The notes under the pieces were generated by a model. It had not been told where the DNA came from. It worked only from the letters and a program-made list of their open reading frames with translations, and did not search any database. A DNA stretch of 64,000 bases from Octopus sinensis. Lineage: Eukaryota. Location of the stretch: contig NC_043007.1 in assembly GCF_006345805.1 (NCBI RefSeq), positions 63,240,001 through 63,304,000 on the forward strand, in the 5' to 3' direction. Made by a program: the position numbers and the translations under genes. This document shows positions 60,594-64,000 of the stretch, piece by piece (the stretch's first letter is position 1; every line of letters starts with the position of its first letter).

Positions 60594-60693
60594 NNNNNNN
60601 NNNNNNNNNNNNNNNNNNNNNNNNNNNNNNNNNNNNNNNNNNNNNNNNNNNNNNNNNNNNNNNNNNNNNNNNNNNNNNNNNNNNNNNNNNNNN
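60594..60693. other. Assembly gap (100 N)
   Basis: Run of n. Confidence 1.
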
Positions 60694-60826
60694 TATATCT
60701 GCTTTTAAATTGACATTCTATTTATATCTATATATTATTTATTTATATTTAAATTGACATTTATATTTATATATATATATTTATATTGATATTTATGTAT
60801 ATTTATATTTATATACATATGTATAT

Positions 60827-61812
60827 ATGTTCTACAATAAAAACCATTCTAAACACTCTGAAATCATCAGAACACCTGAATTTATCCAGCAAGTTCAACA
60901 GACCATTGATTACAATCCCAGAAAGTCCATGAGGTCAATTGTAAAAGATCTCCATTTGTCAGAAGGAACAGTCAGAAATGTTGTTCACGAAGACATCAGA
61001 TATAAGTATGTATGATGAGGAAAGGTCAATTTGTCAGAAAAAGCAAAAGAAAATCAGTACATCAGATCTAAAAGGCTTTTAAAGAAACTGAAAAATCCAG
61101 CAGAAGATTTGATTTGGTTTTTCTCAAACAAGAAAAACTTTGTTCAAGATCTAAAAGTTAACAGAAGAAATGACAGATGGTTAGGTGCAGACCATTCTAA
61201 AGTTCCATGTGTTATGCATACAAAATTTCCTGCAACTGTCATGGTTTTAGGGGTGATGCCTACTTACTTCTTTCCACAAGGCCTTATAGTTAACTCTGCT
61301 GCCTACATTGAGGTCCTGGAAATAATTGTTAAGCCCTGGATAGACAGTGTATGCAATGGAAGGCCATATGTGTTTCAGTAAGACTCTGCACTATCACACA
61401 TAGCTCTAGTGATACAGGAATGGATGGCTGAAAACTTTCATGATCACATAACCCCTAACATTTAGCCCCCTAATTCCCCACATCTCAATCCATTGGACTA
61501 TTACATGTGGAGCGTTGTTGAGAGAGAGGTCAATGAACACGCCCATAGTACCAAAGATTTTATGAAAGCTGCCATAGTCAGAGTAATGTCCAAAATGAAC
61601 CAGGACTACATGATTTGAGCATGTAGATGATTTAGATCTCATACAGAAGCAGTTGTTGAAGCTGAAGGTGGCTTTATTGAATAGCATTACAGTAAAGGAG
61701 GTTCATTTTGATCCTCATAGCATTTTTTGATAAATAAAGCTATTATCTGTTATTATATATCTCTTTTTGTATAAACATAAATCTGTCCTCAAATATTTTA
61801 CGCACCTTGTAT
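60827..61812 (+). mobile_element. Decayed Tc1/mariner transposase with right end
   Basis: NPRKSMRSI..L..SEGTVRNVVHEDIRYK; NRRNDRWL; KFPATVMVLGV; YVFQ*DSA; PPNSPHLNPLDYY.WSVVE; end ..cgcaccttg|ta. Confidence 0.9.
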
Positions 61813-63019
61813 ACAGTATGTGTGTATATGCATGCATGTATGTGTGAATTTTTATGTGTGAATATACATATGTGTGTGTTGTTGAGGTAGGCTTGGAAGT
61901 GTGGTTAAAAAATTTTCTTCACAAAATTTGGTTTTGAGTTCATTTCCACTGTATGGTAACCAGGCAAGTATCTTTTACTATATTCATAGGTTGACCAATA
62001 CTTTGTGAGTGAAAATTTGAAAGATAGAAAATGTTCAGGAGTTGTGTGTGTGTGTGGGTGGGGGGAGGGGTATGTGCGCGCGCGTGTGTTTGTGTGACAC
62101 AACACTGCTAGCTAAATCAAGACTGGCGTTGCATCAAAATGGTAACTCAGTCAATCAGCAGAATATAAAAAGTAGCAGACTGAAATAAGTAATATAGGAG
62201 ATGCCCTAAAAGTGTAGCAGTCCAATGACTGAAACCAGTAAAAGAATATGGATGTACATATATGAAAATAAAAGGAAGTCAATGGGTCTCAAGTGGTTAT
62301 AATGAACATTTTAGTTGAAATACTTGGTTGAGTATACTACAGACACTTGTACACTGAGTGAAACCCTCAGGCAGAATCAACATAATACAGAGTGTCAACA
62401 ATGCTGACCCTTTGGATCATATGTACAGTCTATCCAGCAATAAAAATTTTTGAAGTTAAATTAATATAAAACCACAGCCTTTTTTTATCCTTAATCACAA
62501 AATAAAAGATACATAAAAACATAAATTATGAAAATATAATTAAATATTCAAATATTTTTCAGCATTTGAGTAATTTCAGTTACATTTAGATTAGGAAAAA
62601 TATTGTAATATAACAAATTTAACAAAACTATAAATATGAGTGTGTTGTTTAATTAGGTGACTGTTTACTGTTACTAGTTTCTTCACTTCGTCTTTCTTTG
62701 GCTACGTTACTTTTAAAATTTGTTGTAGAGAAAATCTAATTTTATATCACACTTAATAGTAGATTATACATGCAAACAGGTCCTTATAAAAAGTTTTGTG
62801 GAATGTGTCTGAAAAGGTTTATACATTTATATAGAAAGGCAAGTGGAGAAGTGATGCATAGCAAGCAAGTGTAGCTGACAACAAATAAAGAAGCAATGTA
62901 AACACTATTGTCAATCTAAAACAAATGATAATGCAACAATTAATGCATGCAATAATATGAATTTAACAATTAGAAAAATATATAATAGAAACAACAACAA
63001 ATTTAAATTTCAACAAAAT

Positions 63020-63233
63020 TCTTTTCTACTCTAGGCACAAGGCCCAAAATTTTTGGGGAGGGAACCAGTCTATTAGACCAACCCCAGTAGGCAACTGGTA
63101 CTCAATTTATCGACCCCCAAAAGGATGAAAGGCAAAGTGAACCTTGGCGGAATTTGAACTCAGAACATAAAGACAGATGAAATACTGCTAAGCATTTCAC
63201 CCGGCATGCTAATGTTTCTGCCAGCTCGCCACC
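63020..63233 (-). mobile_element. SINE copy with 17-bp target-site duplication
   Basis: TSD ttaaatttcaacaaaat at 63003-63019 and 63234-63250. Confidence 0.9.
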
Positions 63234-64000
63234 TTAAATTTCAACAAAATATCAAGAAAATGCTAAGAGTAGGCACAGAAACAAACGATCTATAAAGTAG
63301 CAATGGCCAACCTTTATCTAGCAACAATTCACACAAAATGTATGTTTAGCTTTGTCTCTGGTTTAGCATTAATAACTAAGTAACATCGACAAATAAATAT
63401 AAGATATAACATGTTACATGAGTTCCATTCTATATTAAAGAGCTCTTAGGGTCAGATGATGATGGTCCTGAGGTTGAAGAGGCTAAAGTTGTTCATTCTT
63501 TTAATGGTTTTAAAGTAACATTTCTATATTCTTAGAGTAACATTATGAAACCTACAGAATTATTTCTTTAAGAGTATATAAACAGTTGAAAACAGAAAAT
63601 AAATGTATCAAAATAATTAATTTCTTAAAAGAATTTTTGCTTTAGTTATTGTAAAATATTGATTAGCCAGTAATGTTTTCCAACAATATCAATTCTGAAA
63701 TAAATAATTTAAAATTTTTTGAATACTTAAATTTTAAAATAAGAACATAGAACGACCAAATAAAATGAAAGAATTTAGATAAATCTATAATTTTAAGCAA
63801 AATTTCCAAGATATTTTTTTAATCCACAAATTATCTGAGTGTTTGTTCAATCATTATTTTTCTTTACATACTCAAGTGATTGAGCAACTAAGGTGACCCC
63901 ACTAATTTATTAGAAATATCTAGGATTTTAAGCCGCAACTTTTGACTAGCATATTAGCTATCTAATTTCCTTGGCACTAAAATTTGGGAAAGTGATATTT

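Noticed and set aside
63448-63536. Plus-strand peptide SDDDGPEVEEAK after a cttag acceptor
   Set aside because: Short, no convincing donor, no partner exons or recognisable family.

Overview
AT-rich animal genomic DNA. The style of the SINEs, RTE tails, MITEs and TA microsatellites suggests a cephalopod, probably Octopus (inference). There is one 100-N gap at 60594-60693. Two convergent genes dominate the window. (1) A complete 18-exon hnRNP U-like gene on + (CDS 6663-27411, about 803 aa: SAP, acidic, RS-rich, SPRY, P-loop AAA_33-type, RGG/GY tail). (2) The 3' part of a Girdin/Daple (CCDC88) gene on -, identified by a GBA G-protein-binding motif (SPGSELLTLEQFLKES) and the C-terminal WYEYGCV PDZ-binding motif; its coiled-coil exons must lie beyond the window. 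The terminal exon of an unidentified + gene is probably at 1879-1974. Introns carry piggyBac derivatives, a decayed hAT transposase, Tc1/mariner and LINE (RTE, CR1/L2-like) remnants, MITEs and SINEs. The most interesting signals are unannotated splicing features. These are two frame-preserving microexons (9 and 12 nt) with upstream UGC motifs in Girdin/Daple, two stop-containing poison cassettes in the hnRNP U-like gene, and several alternative C-termini for it, including an in-frame extension behind a UAG that could be opened by splicing or A-to-I editing. A hairpin MITE whose spacer is a copy of a LINE fragment 3 kb away is also notable. All exon calls were made by eye from splice consensus and reading phase, with no transcript evidence.
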